Source of the DNA: a virus
Lineage: Duplodnaviria; Caudoviricetes
DNA: 35,251 bases
Virus record (IMG/VR): IMGVR_UViG_3300005573_000200
Location: 1-35,251 of that record
Direction: 5' to 3' (one strand)
Positions 19,287 to 27,837 of the stretch are shown here, piece after piece (positions within the stretch are counted from its first letter, which is position 1; each line of letters starts with the position of its first letter). Under the pieces are notes generated by a model. The model was given only the letters and a program-made list of their open reading frames with translations, was not told the DNA's origin and made no database searches. The position numbers were made by a program, and so were the translations under genes.

Positions 19287-19650
19287 TAGTATATTCTCCT
19301 TTCCAATTTAGAAATGCTTTTATTTGTCTTTGAAGTATTGAAACTTGATGGTCAAAATCTTTTCCTCTTTCTATATAAAAATGACGAATATGAATATTTT
19401 TTGCAAGATAGTTTTCTATTCTGCAACCAGCAGAAAGTTTCCATCCAGGCAAAAATAATACTAGGTCAGCTTTCATCATTTCAGCAATACATGCTTTCAT
19501 TGATTTTTCCCATGACCAATCAAACCCACATGCTCTTGTTGGGTTAAAACAAGAATGCCCATATGATTCTATTATTTCTTGTGTAGCAGCAAACAATGGA
19601 ATGTTATGATTTTCCACATTTGTTATGGGTGCAGAAATGTAGACATACAT
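19279..19650 (-). CDS. DUF4406 / nucleoside 2-deoxyribosyltransferase-like protein
   Basis: VYISAPIT, FNP, ADLVLFLPGWKLSAGCRIE pattern. Confidence 0.82.
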   Translation of the reverse strand: MYVYISAPITNVENHNIPLFAATQEIIESYGHSCFNPTRACGFDWSWEKSMKACIAEMMKADLVLFLPGWKLSAGCRIENYLAKNIHIRHFYIERGKDFDHQVSILQRQIKAFLNWKGEYTNE

Positions 19651-19662
19651 ATTCTATCTTCC

Positions 19663-20499
19663 TTATTGCTGATTGCTATTTCCTGCATATTTTGTTTTAA
19701 TCTGTTGCATACTCTCATCTTTCCACAATGGAACATACCCATAGATTCTTGAGTTTCTTCCCTTTAATATCATCTTTTCCATCAATGCTTCACATACTTC
19801 AAAGTCATGCGGGTAGTCTATCTCAAAGCATTGCCAATCTTCAATAGGAAAGAGATTCCACTTTATCTTTTTATCGACTGGTTTTGTATCAATCTCAATA
19901 TCAGTTTGGGGATTTTTCGACCAAGTATTGAAGTAGTAATCACGAGTTCCTACTGAAGTTCCACCACCTAATTTTGAATACTTCCAGAACTTATCGGCTA
20001 TCTGCATCTGTGCTTGATACAAGTCTCCAAGGCTTTGTGTTTGAAACCTATCATAGTATGAACCTTTTACATGCTTTAAAATAAATGTTTCCTTGAATGG
20101 TGCTGCATCAGTCAAATAGTCAAGTTGGTTCTCTTTGAATACTTCAATCATTCTATCAAGCTGGCCTGGCTTTCGTAGTGGTGAAGTGGGAAGTAATGTA
20201 ACGAGTATATCTGGCTTCATGCCATAGTTTGCTTCTATAATGTTCAGTGCATGAAGAAACGGCACTCCAGCGGTAATGCCATTATCCCATACTGGCCGCA
20301 TAATTACTTCCACTCCATAGAATTTTCCAATCTCAGCATATGCTTCTGAATCTGTTGTTAGAAACACAGCATCAATTTCATGTGATGTTTGTGCTTGAAT
20401 AATTGACCAAGCAAGCAATGGTACATTGCATAATAGCCTACCATTTTTGTTTGGTGTTCGTGTACTTCCACCTCGTGCTGTTACAATTGCTATTGTCAT
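19663..20499 (-). CDS. neuA: Acylneuraminate cytidylyltransferase (CMP-nonulosonic acid synthetase, NeuA/PseF family)
   Basis: ARGGSTRTPNKN, TTDS, RP, LLPTSPLR and EIDYPHDF motifs. Confidence 0.88.
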   Translation of the reverse strand: MTIAIVTARGGSTRTPNKNGRLLCNVPLLAWSIIQAQTSHEIDAVFLTTDSEAYAEIGKFYGVEVIMRPVWDNGITAGVPFLHALNIIEANYGMKPDILVTLLPTSPLRKPGQLDRMIEVFKENQLDYLTDAAPFKETFILKHVKGSYYDRFQTQSLGDLYQAQMQIADKFWKYSKLGGGTSVGTRDYYFNTWSKNPQTDIEIDTKPVDKKIKWNLFPIEDWQCFEIDYPHDFEVCEALMEKMILKGRNSRIYGYVPLWKDESMQQIKTKYAGNSNQQ

Positions 20500-20501
20500 A
20501 G

Positions 20502-21038
20502 TTATTCTCCTTTCTCTTTTGAACGTACTGCTAATGCAGCTTTTTTCATATCATCATAGCCAATTATCTCACGAATCAAGTCAGCTTGAAATTCGAGTGC
20601 TTTCTTCAAATCACCTGATGCCAATGCTACATGCCATGATACAGAATAAGCCACAAATAGAGCATCAAACTCTAAATCAGCAACAAGTGGAACAAATGAC
20701 TCTAAACTTTCTTTTGTTTTAGTAGTTACTGTGTATGCCCATAGCATTGTATCTTTCAATTCTTCTTTTGTCGTCTTTCCTTCAAGATAGTTTTCTGTTT
20801 CTATTACTGCTGCTTTTGTTCTGATGTCATGGATATAATCCCATGCTACAGTATTATTTTTATATGGTGTTTTTCGTATGCACTCACATGCAAACTTTCT
20901 TAACTTGTGGTCATCATGGTAATCACCTTTTTCAAGTATCCACAGGAACCAATCAGAACGATTGCACTCTTTCCACAGCACATCTAAATCATCTGTTGAG
21001 TGCCAGAAGGTATTTCCATTCATACAAAGATTTATCAT
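20502..21038 (-). CDS. Hypothetical phage helical protein
   Basis: Likely ATG at 21038; RSDWFLWIL...LRKFACEC...GKTTKEEL pattern resembles a recurrent phage hypothetical family (from memory, unsearched). Confidence 0.6.
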   Translation of the reverse strand: MINLCMNGNTFWHSTDDLDVLWKECNRSDWFLWILEKGDYHDDHKLRKFACECIRKTPYKNNTVAWDYIHDIRTKAAVIETENYLEGKTTKEELKDTMLWAYTVTTKTKESLESFVPLVADLEFDALFVAYSVSWHVALASGDLKKALEFQADLIREIIGYDDMKKAALAVRSKEKGE

Positions 21039-21042
21039 ATTT

Positions 21043-21453
21043 CTAAGCCTCTTTAATATGATTATTATCATAAAGAGTAGTATATACACTTCTTACTATA
21101 TAAGAAAATGTATATGCAAGCCTCTCTTCTGATTTTCCACATTCTGTTCCATAGTATGTTCTTTTCTTTGCTACAAATCGTTCATATGCAAAAGCAGCAT
21201 GTAAACATTCGTGAGCAACAATACTAGCTACAAGACATTCCTCATTCAGAAACATATAGCCATATTGCTTTCTATCAAGATGCAATATTGGTGAAAACAT
21301 GCCAAGTGTATTGGAAAAATCCTTTTTCTTTAATCTACTGCTTTTGAATATGGCATCAATATTTTCTCTCATTAGTTCTGGGGTTTTACTTACATGAAGC
21401 TCAAAGTAATACTTAGCATCTTCATCAAAAATCTTGTATACTGCTGTACTCAT
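21043..21453 (-). CDS. HExxH-containing putative zinc metallopeptidase-like protein
   Basis: VAHECLHAA followed by a downstream EERLAY glutamate. Confidence 0.6.
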   Translation of the reverse strand: MSTAVYKIFDEDAKYYFELHVSKTPELMRENIDAIFKSSRLKKKDFSNTLGMFSPILHLDRKQYGYMFLNEECLVASIVAHECLHAAFAYERFVAKKRTYYGTECGKSEERLAYTFSYIVRSVYTTLYDNNHIKEA

Positions 21454-22025
21454 AATTTACTCAATGCTTTACTATATGTTTCAGGCCAATGTTGCTTGAT
21501 ACTCAATTTATGTTGTTCCCCAATCAGTAAATGTAAACCTGGATTATCTACATATCCAAGAATCTTTGGTGGCAGATGCACTACAGGGTCTCCATATGTT
21601 TGCACATTTACAATTTCTATATTTGGTGCAATTCTAAGTTGCTTAATCCAAGCTACACGAGGAGTTGCAAAAGTAATAACCTTAACTGATGCTCGTATCA
21701 AATCACAAACTTCTGTCGTAGCAATAAGTGCAAAGGCTCCACCACAAGAATATCCGCTTATGATTGCAGGTAAGTCCGCTCTAAATCCTATATTGTTGAA
21801 CGCATGATAAAATGCTTTATAGTAACCACCATGATACCAAGACTGAGGCCAGATATTAAAATCCATTTTCCAATCTACTATCTCAACAGAACCTTGGAAG
21901 TCAATATACTTTACCCCATCAATTATCTGTGAGCGGAATGTAATCCGATCACCATCCGCCTGCTGCCAGCCGTCCGGACGCATCAACCGTACCCATGCAT
22001 CTTTGACTTCTTGCACTGTTATCAT
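21450..22025 (-). CDS. Lipase class 3-like alpha/beta hydrolase
   Basis: FQGS, nucleophile elbow GYSCGG, TFATPRV, GDPVVHLP and C-terminal His (QHW). Confidence 0.82.
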   Translation of the reverse strand: MITVQEVKDAWVRLMRPDGWQQADGDRITFRSQIIDGVKYIDFQGSVEIVDWKMDFNIWPQSWYHGGYYKAFYHAFNNIGFRADLPAIISGYSCGGAFALIATTEVCDLIRASVKVITFATPRVAWIKQLRIAPNIEIVNVQTYGDPVVHLPPKILGYVDNPGLHLLIGEQHKLSIKQHWPETYSKALSKL

Positions 22026-22321
22026 ACTGTCTCCTTATCTTTCCAAGCCAGATAATGTTTTCCTCTCACGATTAGTTCCCTTGGCTCTTTGCCCAAATTA
22101 CAAAACCTATCACGTGCAACCCCAAGCCATTCAGCTGCCCCAGTTATACCTTGAAACCGCTTGATACCATGTTCTGAAGAAATGCAAACAACTGATGGCT
22201 TATGCCCACCATGATGGCCGCTCAATGCTTCCCGCCGTGGCTTTGACCGGTCGTTGGTCAGTAGCCGCCACACAGCATCATCACGGGACGAATCATTCGG
22301 AGCAATCGCCATTTCAGTCAT
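22022..22321 (-). CDS. Hypothetical protein, possible NUMOD1-like DNA-binding C-terminus
   Basis: Likely ATG at 22321 (MTEMAI); KPSVVCI...FQGITGAAEWLGV. Confidence 0.45.
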   Translation of the reverse strand: MTEMAIAPNDSSRDDAVWRLLTNDRSKPRREALSGHHGGHKPSVVCISSEHGIKRFQGITGAAEWLGVARDRFCNLGKEPRELIVRGKHYLAWKDKETV

Positions 22322-22694
22322 TTTGTTCACCTGCATAATTTTGTATTTCATCTGCGATTGCATCAATGAAAGCATTATCATTAAGTATATTATCATATGA
22401 AACTTTTATAATGTAATTTATGCTATCAATAAATCGTTTTATTATACTAGCTGTATTTACAATAGAAACTTCTGTGGAAAATATTATAGAACCATCATCT
22501 TCATGTGTAAAAGTAGCAATTCCTGCTACAAGGTGTTTGTTTTTTTCTAGGTAATTAAATATAAGTTCAGTATCAAGTGTTTTTATAAATGTAATGTTAA
22601 TTGTAACCTTGTTTGGTTGAGTAGATAATATGGTAACATGCCCTTCCAAATCATCTGTAAATTTCTTTTTAAATTCATACATTACCTGTTTCAT
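22314..22694 (-). CDS. Hypothetical protein
   Basis: 126 aa, RBS gaggagg, overlaps neighbours. Confidence 0.55.
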   Translation of the reverse strand: MKQVMYEFKKKFTDDLEGHVTILSTQPNKVTINITFIKTLDTELIFNYLEKNKHLVAGIATFTHEDDGSIIFSTEVSIVNTASIIKRFIDSINYIIKVSYDNILNDNAFIDAIADEIQNYAGEQND

Positions 22695-22900
22695 TCTTTT
22701 ACCTCCTCATTCCAGCATTGCTCACATGTTACCCAACGGCATCCAATTGTTTCCATATCTTTCATTTGCTCTGTTTCTGTATCAAGTTCAGGCCACATAA
22801 TATCAAAGCCTCCGGGGCACGTTCGTTTTATAATTTCATTTTTAGAAAAACATTCTGCTAATATGGGATAATTTTTAAATAATACTTCGATTCGTGTCAT
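22691..22900 (-). CDS. Small Cys4 zinc-finger protein, paralog 1
   Basis: MTRIE...CPGGF...IGCRWVTCEQCWNEE; likely ATG at 22900. Confidence 0.7.
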   Translation of the reverse strand: MTRIEVLFKNYPILAECFSKNEIIKRTCPGGFDIMWPELDTETEQMKDMETIGCRWVTCEQCWNEEVKE

Positions 22901-23079
22901 TCTTTTGCCTCTGCGTTCCAGCATTGCTCACACGTGATTCCACGACACCCAATAATTTTGTTGTCTTTGGATAATGCCGTTATCTCGTCTAATAGTGGCT
23001 CGTTCTTTAAAAAATCTCCAGGGCAAGATTGCAAAAGCATTTTATTGCATTCATTCATGGCTTTTTCAATCCGTGTCAT
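22897..23079 (-). CDS. Small Cys4 zinc-finger protein, paralog 2
   Basis: MTRIE...CPGDF...IGCRGITCEQCWNAE. Confidence 0.7.
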   Translation of the reverse strand: MTRIEKAMNECNKMLLQSCPGDFLKNEPLLDEITALSKDNKIIGCRGITCEQCWNAEAKE

Positions 23080-23230
23080 CGTCTACCTCGTCATCATCTG
23101 ATAAAAAATCAATGATTTCTCCAGTACCATGACAGTATTCGCACTCGTTCCACCATTCTTTTGTAGTGCCATCTTCAAGATGTTCGATGTATAATTGGAC
23201 TTTTGAACCTTCACACCAAGGACATATCAT
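23066..23230 (-). CDS. 54-aa DnaJ-type zinc finger microprotein (not on ORF track)
   Basis: Hand translation MICPWCEGSK...ECEYCHGTGEIIDFLSDDDEVDDDTD; RBS aaggaggt. Confidence 0.7.
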   Translation of the reverse strand: MICPWCEGSKVQLYIEHLEDGTTKEWWNECEYCHGTGEIIDFLSDDDEVDDDTD

Positions 23231-23409
23231 TATTCCACCTCCTTAACTGGAAGTATTTCTACCAAGATTGTAGAACCACCAAAGTCAACATTTGCCTTTT
23301 GCAGTATCCATGCAATAGTCTTGCTATCATCAACCGTTAGCACTTTTGTGCCGACGTATGAGCTGTAACCATCGGAAAATACATTTTTGACAACTACAGC
23401 TACTTTCAT
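23230..23409 (-). CDS. 59-aa hypothetical protein (not on ORF track)
   Basis: Hand translation MKVAVVVKNVFSDGYSSYVG...LPVKEVE; RBS gagg; exactly fills the gap with overlapping start/stop. Confidence 0.6.
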   Translation of the reverse strand: MKVAVVVKNVFSDGYSSYVGTKVLTVDDSKTIAWILQKANVDFGGSTILVEILPVKEVE

Positions 23410-23594
23410 TCCTCTGCCTCCTTATTGCACGCCTCGTCGAATTTGGCCTGCTCGTATGCCTGCCATTCCTCACGGGTCATCTGTGCCACACGGTAGCGTG
23501 CCTCTGCATGACTTTCATCTTCCTCCGACGGTGGAGGTGAGAAAAACACTTTCAGGTGTGATAGAAATCGATAAATCCATGATGCTTTATTCAT
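23406..23594 (-). CDS. Hypothetical protein
   Basis: 62 aa, RBS aaggagg, coupled to neighbours. Confidence 0.55.
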   Translation of the reverse strand: MNKASWIYRFLSHLKVFFSPPPSEEDESHAEARYRVAQMTREEWQAYEQAKFDEACNKEAEE

Positions 23595-23810
23595 TTATCC
23601 CTCCTTCTTGAAAACTACAGTGAACATGCTTTCTGGGCACTCGTGAACCTCTCCCCACATATCAATAAAGTACAGCCTCCCATCTTCAGTGATAATAAAA
23701 GTGCTGTCCTTTAAACTAATCTCCCAGCCAGGTTCATCAATCGTTATTGATGACAGTTTATCAACTTCTTTACCTGTTGCGTTGTTAATTACAACAAATT
23801 TTGGTAACAT
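23595..23810 (-). CDS. Hypothetical protein, paralog of 24057..24278
   Basis: Likely ATG at 23810 (MLPKFVVINNATGKEVD...EDGRLYFIDMWG...CP). Confidence 0.65.
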   Translation of the reverse strand: MLPKFVVINNATGKEVDKLSSITIDEPGWEISLKDSTFIITEDGRLYFIDMWGEVHECPESMFTVVFKKEG

Positions 23811-24057
23811 TTGCTTGCCCCTCCTTTTTGGCAGAAACATGATTTTCAGCACGCATCCATTTTGTCCATCCAGAACTATCCTCGTTTATAAACCGTTCCC
23901 TCTTCCAGATTTCGCCTGTTTCACGACTTATTACATACACAGCATCACTGCCAATAGCTATCCTCAGGCTATTGGCAATCCTTTTTGCACCGATAATGCT
24001 TTTTGCCTCAACGTTAAATATTTTCTCGTTTGCAAACGCAATAATAAATTTTTGCAT
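23785..24057 (-). CDS. Hypothetical protein
   Basis: 90 aa, RBS aaggaggt. Confidence 0.55.
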   Translation of the reverse strand: MQKFIIAFANEKIFNVEAKSIIGAKRIANSLRIAIGSDAVYVISRETGEIWKRERFINEDSSGWTKWMRAENHVSAKKEGQANVTKICCN

Positions 24058-24278
24058 TATTGACCTCCTTCGTTGAAAACAATGCTGAACCGGTCATCTG
24101 GGCAGTAAGCCACTCCACCGCACTCATCTACCAAGAGCAACGTACCGTCATCTTCAAGCGCAAAGCCCTCTATATCCATCCACATAAGCCCTTTAGCCCA
24201 ATCTTCAGTTTTTGCGATTGTGTACTCATCTGCTTCTTTGCCGGTTAGATTATCTATAACTATAAATGTTGGTAGCAT
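24057..24278 (-). CDS. Hypothetical protein, paralog of 23595..23810
   Basis: MLPTFIVIDNLTGKEAD...DDGTLLLVDECG...CP; RBS aggagg. Confidence 0.65.
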   Translation of the reverse strand: MLPTFIVIDNLTGKEADEYTIAKTEDWAKGLMWMDIEGFALEDDGTLLLVDECGGVAYCPDDRFSIVFNEGGQ

Positions 24279-24458
24279 TCACTGCCTCCTTTTATGCATG
24301 GATTTTAAAGCCTTATCAAGGCTCTTCTCAATATGATGCCATCTCCAATCGTCATAGGAATCAAGCTTATCCTCTTCTTTCTCCTCTATTTCCTCCCTGT
24401 TTTCCCGTTCCAGTGGTGGGTCAGGATTATCCAATAAGCCACAATCATCATATACCAT
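24279..24458 (-). CDS. 59-aa acidic hypothetical protein (not on ORF track)
   Basis: Hand translation MVYDDCGLLDNPDPPLERENREEIEEKEE...KRRQ; follows the promoter motif and RBS aaggaagg. Confidence 0.6.
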   Translation of the reverse strand: MVYDDCGLLDNPDPPLERENREEIEEKEEDKLDSYDDWRWHHIEKSLDKALKSMHKRRQ

Positions 24459-24677
24459 TATGTACCTTCCTTATATACTATATTATATCACATTTTTTCA
24501 TTCTTTTACTGCTCCAGCCAAATTTTCTATAAAATATTTGTTTGCAAGCAGAAATAAAGCCACAATCATCATATACCATTATGTACCTTCCTTATATACT
24601 ATATTATATCACATTTTTTCATTCTTTTACTGCTCCAGCCAAATTTTCTATAAAATATTTGTTTGCAAGCAGAAATA
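24436..24677. repeat. Perfect 121-bp tandem duplication
   Basis: 24436-24556 is identical to 24557-24677; contains the permease 3' end, promoter motif, RBS and first codons of the next gene. Confidence 0.95.
24477..24494 (-). promoter_or_regulatory. Extended -10 promoter motif (second copy at 24598-24615)
   Basis: AATGTGATATAATATAGT, identical to 17451-17468. Confidence 0.75.
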
Positions 24678-25440
24678 TCATAACTAATGGGAATAGCAAC
24701 AGCACACTTGCTGCAAATGCTTTCCCAATAGGGTTCACATATGAATCGGCATTTTGCCTAAACATAGCAAGACGCATAAGCCCAACAAGCAGTGTTTGCT
24801 TTTCAGCATCTTGCAGTACAAGCATTTGCCATATGTAGTCCTGCAATGAAGCTATACCAGAAAACAATGCTAATGTTGCAACAAGCGGTTTGCTGATAGG
24901 TACAACAATCAGTCGAAGTATCTGAAACTCACTTGCTCCATCCATTCGTGCTGATTCAATCAATGATTTAGGAATAGTATCAAAATAATTCCTTGCAAGA
25001 TACATGTTGATTGGTGAAAACACTAAAGGAAAAATAACAGCAGAAAGTTCACCTTGTATGTTGAGTTTCTTGATAATAGTGTACCACGGAATGATAAGCG
25101 ATATTCTTGGTATCATCATTCCAATAAGTAGTACAACCCAAAGCTGTTTCTTGAACTTGAATGTATACTGGGAAAAAGCATATCCAGCAGTTATTGAAAC
25201 AAATGTTGAAAGAAACACAGTTGCAAACACTACAATAACTGTGTTCTTCAGCCAAACAACCGTGTTCATACTGATGAAATATTTGTAATTTGAAAGTGTA
25301 ACTTGTGGTGGAATGAAAGCAGGTGGCATCTTGATGAAGCCAGAAATATCTTGAAAACTGCCTTCAATCATCCAGTAGAGTGGAAGAAAGAGAAGTAATA
25401 GCAAAAGTGAAAGACTTATCTTTGTAAAAAGATGCTTCAT
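24619..25440 (-). CDS. Carbohydrate ABC transporter permease (MalG/UgpE-like)
   Basis: Six hydrophobic segments; FLPLYWMI, AGYAFS and EAA loop IPKSLIESARMDGASEFQI; likely ATG at 25440. Confidence 0.92.
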   Translation of the reverse strand: MKHLFTKISLSLLLLLLFLPLYWMIEGSFQDISGFIKMPPAFIPPQVTLSNYKYFISMNTVVWLKNTVIVVFATVFLSTFVSITAGYAFSQYTFKFKKQLWVVLLIGMMIPRISLIIPWYTIIKKLNIQGELSAVIFPLVFSPINMYLARNYFDTIPKSLIESARMDGASEFQILRLIVVPISKPLVATLALFSGIASLQDYIWQMLVLQDAEKQTLLVGLMRLAMFRQNADSYVNPIGKAFAASVLLLFPLVMIFLLANKYFIENLAGAVKE

Positions 25441-25613
25441 TCTTCTATTTCTTTGTTCCAGCACTGTTCACAAGTAATGCCACGACAACCTATCCTATTG
25501 CCATGTTCATCCTTCATCTCTGTTCTTTTATCAAAACGAACACCGTCATCAAAATAGTCGTCAGGGCAATGCAAAGTAAGATAATCTTGTATAAGTTGTT
25601 CAAGTTTTGTCAT
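25437..25613 (-). CDS. Small Cys4 zinc-finger protein, paralog 3
   Basis: MTKLE...CPDDYF...IGCRGITCEQCWNKE; likely ATG at 25613; stop overlaps the permease start. Confidence 0.7.
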   Translation of the reverse strand: MTKLEQLIQDYLTLHCPDDYFDDGVRFDKRTEMKDEHGNRIGCRGITCEQCWNKEIEE

Positions 25614-25797
25614 TATAATCCTTCTTTTTCCTTTTGCACCACAAAATCCCAAATAATGATGTACAATGGTATAACTTGCCATCTATTCTTTTTAATACAG
25701 GCATTGGGACAAAAAATGCCCTTAAACCAGACTTTATTCGTCCTATGGCAAATTCATCAAGCATAATTCTATACTTCACACCATTATGAGTTTTCAT
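25600..25797 (-). CDS. Hypothetical protein
   Basis: 65 aa basic ORF filling the gap with short overlaps. Confidence 0.45.
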   Translation of the reverse strand: MKTHNGVKYRIMLDEFAIGRIKSGLRAFFVPMPVLKRIDGKLYHCTSLFGILWCKRKKKDYNDKT

Positions 25798-26767
25798 TCC
25801 ACAACCTCAAACTTTGCTCTATTCTAAATTTAGATGATTTTGATGTGTGCCTTTTTATCAAGAAATCTTGAAAAGAGCTTTTCTTAAAAAAATCAACTTG
25901 GTTTGTATAAGAACAAATATCTATATAAAAAGGATTATATACACTACCCCAACAAGAAATATCTCTCATAACATATGGTAAACATTTATGATTTTTCAAA
26001 AAAATGATTCTTTGTACTGTTTCTCTAATAGACATATCAGGATGAACATATACAAAAAATCTTAATTGCCAATCTTTTGCCCATTTCAAAAGAGACAGTT
26101 TTTCCTCAATTATATCTTTGTATGCATATGAATCAAACGCAAAGGTATATTCACCCCAATAATTAAGTTCTGATAACAGTTTTGAATTTCTTTCATTCAG
26201 CAACCTAATATCAAGTCCTTGATTAAATTGACATTTTATTTTCTTATCAACCAACTCTTGCAATATCTGCTCGTGATCTGGAAAAGCTAGAATATTATTA
26301 TCAAGAAATTTTACTTGTTTATGCCTAACGATGTCATCTATATTGTTTACTTTATGAATGTAACCTTCCTTTTTCGGAACTTTACAAAAACTACAATTCC
26401 TTATACAACCTCTTGTAATGAATCCATATGATGTGTGATTGTTTGGGTATAAACTATAATCGGGTTCAAAATATTCTATTTCATCTGGTAGTACTGTAGT
26501 TAGATCAAAACCAGTCCCACCGAATATAATGTTTTTACCTTTTATATAAGGAGCATTACCATCAAAAACAACAGAGCAGTATACTATATCAAACTCATCA
26601 AGTAGCGTATGAGGAACATAATATGTGATTTTCTTTCTAGTAGGGTAGTATGGCAAGTTGCATTTATGAAGTATCACATCATCCCCCTTGCTTTTATGCC
26701 ACCCACCTAATTTCATTAGTGGCAGATTAGGTATAACTGAATCAGCATCAATTAACAATACTTTCAT
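25784..26767 (-). CDS. Radical SAM protein
   Basis: TRGCIRNCSFC (CxxxCxxC), LDNNILA and FNQGLDIRL; N-terminal IDAD...PNLPLMKL. Confidence 0.88.
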   Translation of the reverse strand: MKVLLIDADSVIPNLPLMKLGGWHKSKGDDVILHKCNLPYYPTRKKITYYVPHTLLDEFDIVYCSVVFDGNAPYIKGKNIIFGGTGFDLTTVLPDEIEYFEPDYSLYPNNHTSYGFITRGCIRNCSFCKVPKKEGYIHKVNNIDDIVRHKQVKFLDNNILAFPDHEQILQELVDKKIKCQFNQGLDIRLLNERNSKLLSELNYWGEYTFAFDSYAYKDIIEEKLSLLKWAKDWQLRFFVYVHPDMSIRETVQRIIFLKNHKCLPYVMRDISCWGSVYNPFYIDICSYTNQVDFFKKSSFQDFLIKRHTSKSSKFRIEQSLRLWNENS

Positions 26768-26784
26768 CAGTAGTTTTCTCCATT

Positions 26785-27618
26785 CTATACTTCATGCTCA
26801 ACCTTCCTTTTCAGGAGTGAAAGCACAACAACAACACAAAGCAAAAGCACACTTTCTGCTGACGCCATACCCCATTGTGATAGTTTGAATCCCATTGTAT
26901 AGATACAGAATGTTGGAGTATATGCATATTGCTGTGGCACAAGAGCATATATTGTTTCAAAAATTTGCAATGCATTTATCATTGCAAGCAAAGCAACAAG
27001 TGAAAGTGTGGGAAATATCATTGGCAATAGTATTTTCCATTTTATCTGCCGTTCACTTGCACCATCAATCATTGCCGCTTCAATGATACTTTTATCAATG
27101 CTCAGCAAGTTTGCAAGAATAATAATAACAAATGTTCCAAATGAGGAAACTACAACTACAAACACCACAACAGGAATTGCTGTTGCACTTTGCCCAAACC
27201 AGTTTACTTTATCAATGCCAACTAATGATAATAACCAATTTGCTACACCATTTGCTGAGAATATCCAGCGCCATACTTGTGCAATGATAATGCCTGCCGC
27301 TAATACTGGAATGTATACAAGTATTCGTGTGATATCCTGCCATCTTTTATTCAGCTTGAATACTGCGAGAGCAACAGTAACACTCATAAACAAATGCCCA
27401 AATGTTAGCAGAATAACATAGAAAATTGAGTTCTTCATTGACTGCAAGAACATCTCATTGCTGAAAAGTGCTTTGTAGTTATCTAATCCAACAAATGTAG
27501 ATGCTATGAAGTTTGTTTTGTAGAGGCTCATTCTGACAACTTCAAAGATAGGCCATCCAGTAAAAAGCAGAAAGAAAAGTAATGCTGGAAGAAGCAGAAT
27601 GAGTGAAGTTATCTTCAT
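26785..27618 (-). CDS. Carbohydrate ABC transporter permease (MalF/UgpA-like)
   Basis: LLLPALL, FVGLDNY, WRWIF and EAA loop EAAMIDGASERQ; six TM segments. Confidence 0.92.
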   Translation of the reverse strand: MKITSLILLLPALLFFLLFTGWPIFEVVRMSLYKTNFIASTFVGLDNYKALFSNEMFLQSMKNSIFYVILLTFGHLFMSVTVALAVFKLNKRWQDITRILVYIPVLAAGIIIAQVWRWIFSANGVANWLLSLVGIDKVNWFGQSATAIPVVVFVVVVSSFGTFVIIILANLLSIDKSIIEAAMIDGASERQIKWKILLPMIFPTLSLVALLAMINALQIFETIYALVPQQYAYTPTFCIYTMGFKLSQWGMASAESVLLLCVVVVLSLLKRKVEHEV

Positions 27619-27809
27619 ACCATTTTACGTTCTTTCATAACTACAATCTTATCACCAGGCTTCCAATCTGTATATAGTTTTCTATATATTTCAAGAAGTA
27701 TATTTTCAGCATCATTCTTATTGAATACTGAAGTCTGTGTTCCAATAATGCTGTTTTCATACACAGAAACTAATGCTATATCATGCTTTATTACAATTTC
27801 ATTTTCCAT
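27615..27809 (-). CDS. Hypothetical protein between SBP and permease
   Basis: 64 aa, RBS ggagg, stop overlaps the permease ATG. Confidence 0.55.
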   Translation of the reverse strand: MENEIVIKHDIALVSVYENSIIGTQTSVFNKNDAENILLEIYRKLYTDWKPGDKIVVMKERKMV

Positions 27810-27837
27810 AATTCATGCCTCCAAATAATAAAATAAG

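Noticed and set aside
19663-20499. KdsB (CMP-Kdo synthetase) or IspD assignment
   Set aside because: It has ARGGS and PTSPLR of the NeuA/PseF type and lacks the KdsB QGDEP motif.
24436-24677. CRISPR array or attachment site
   Set aside because: Two abutting identical 121-bp units with no spacers; no cas or integrase genes in the window.
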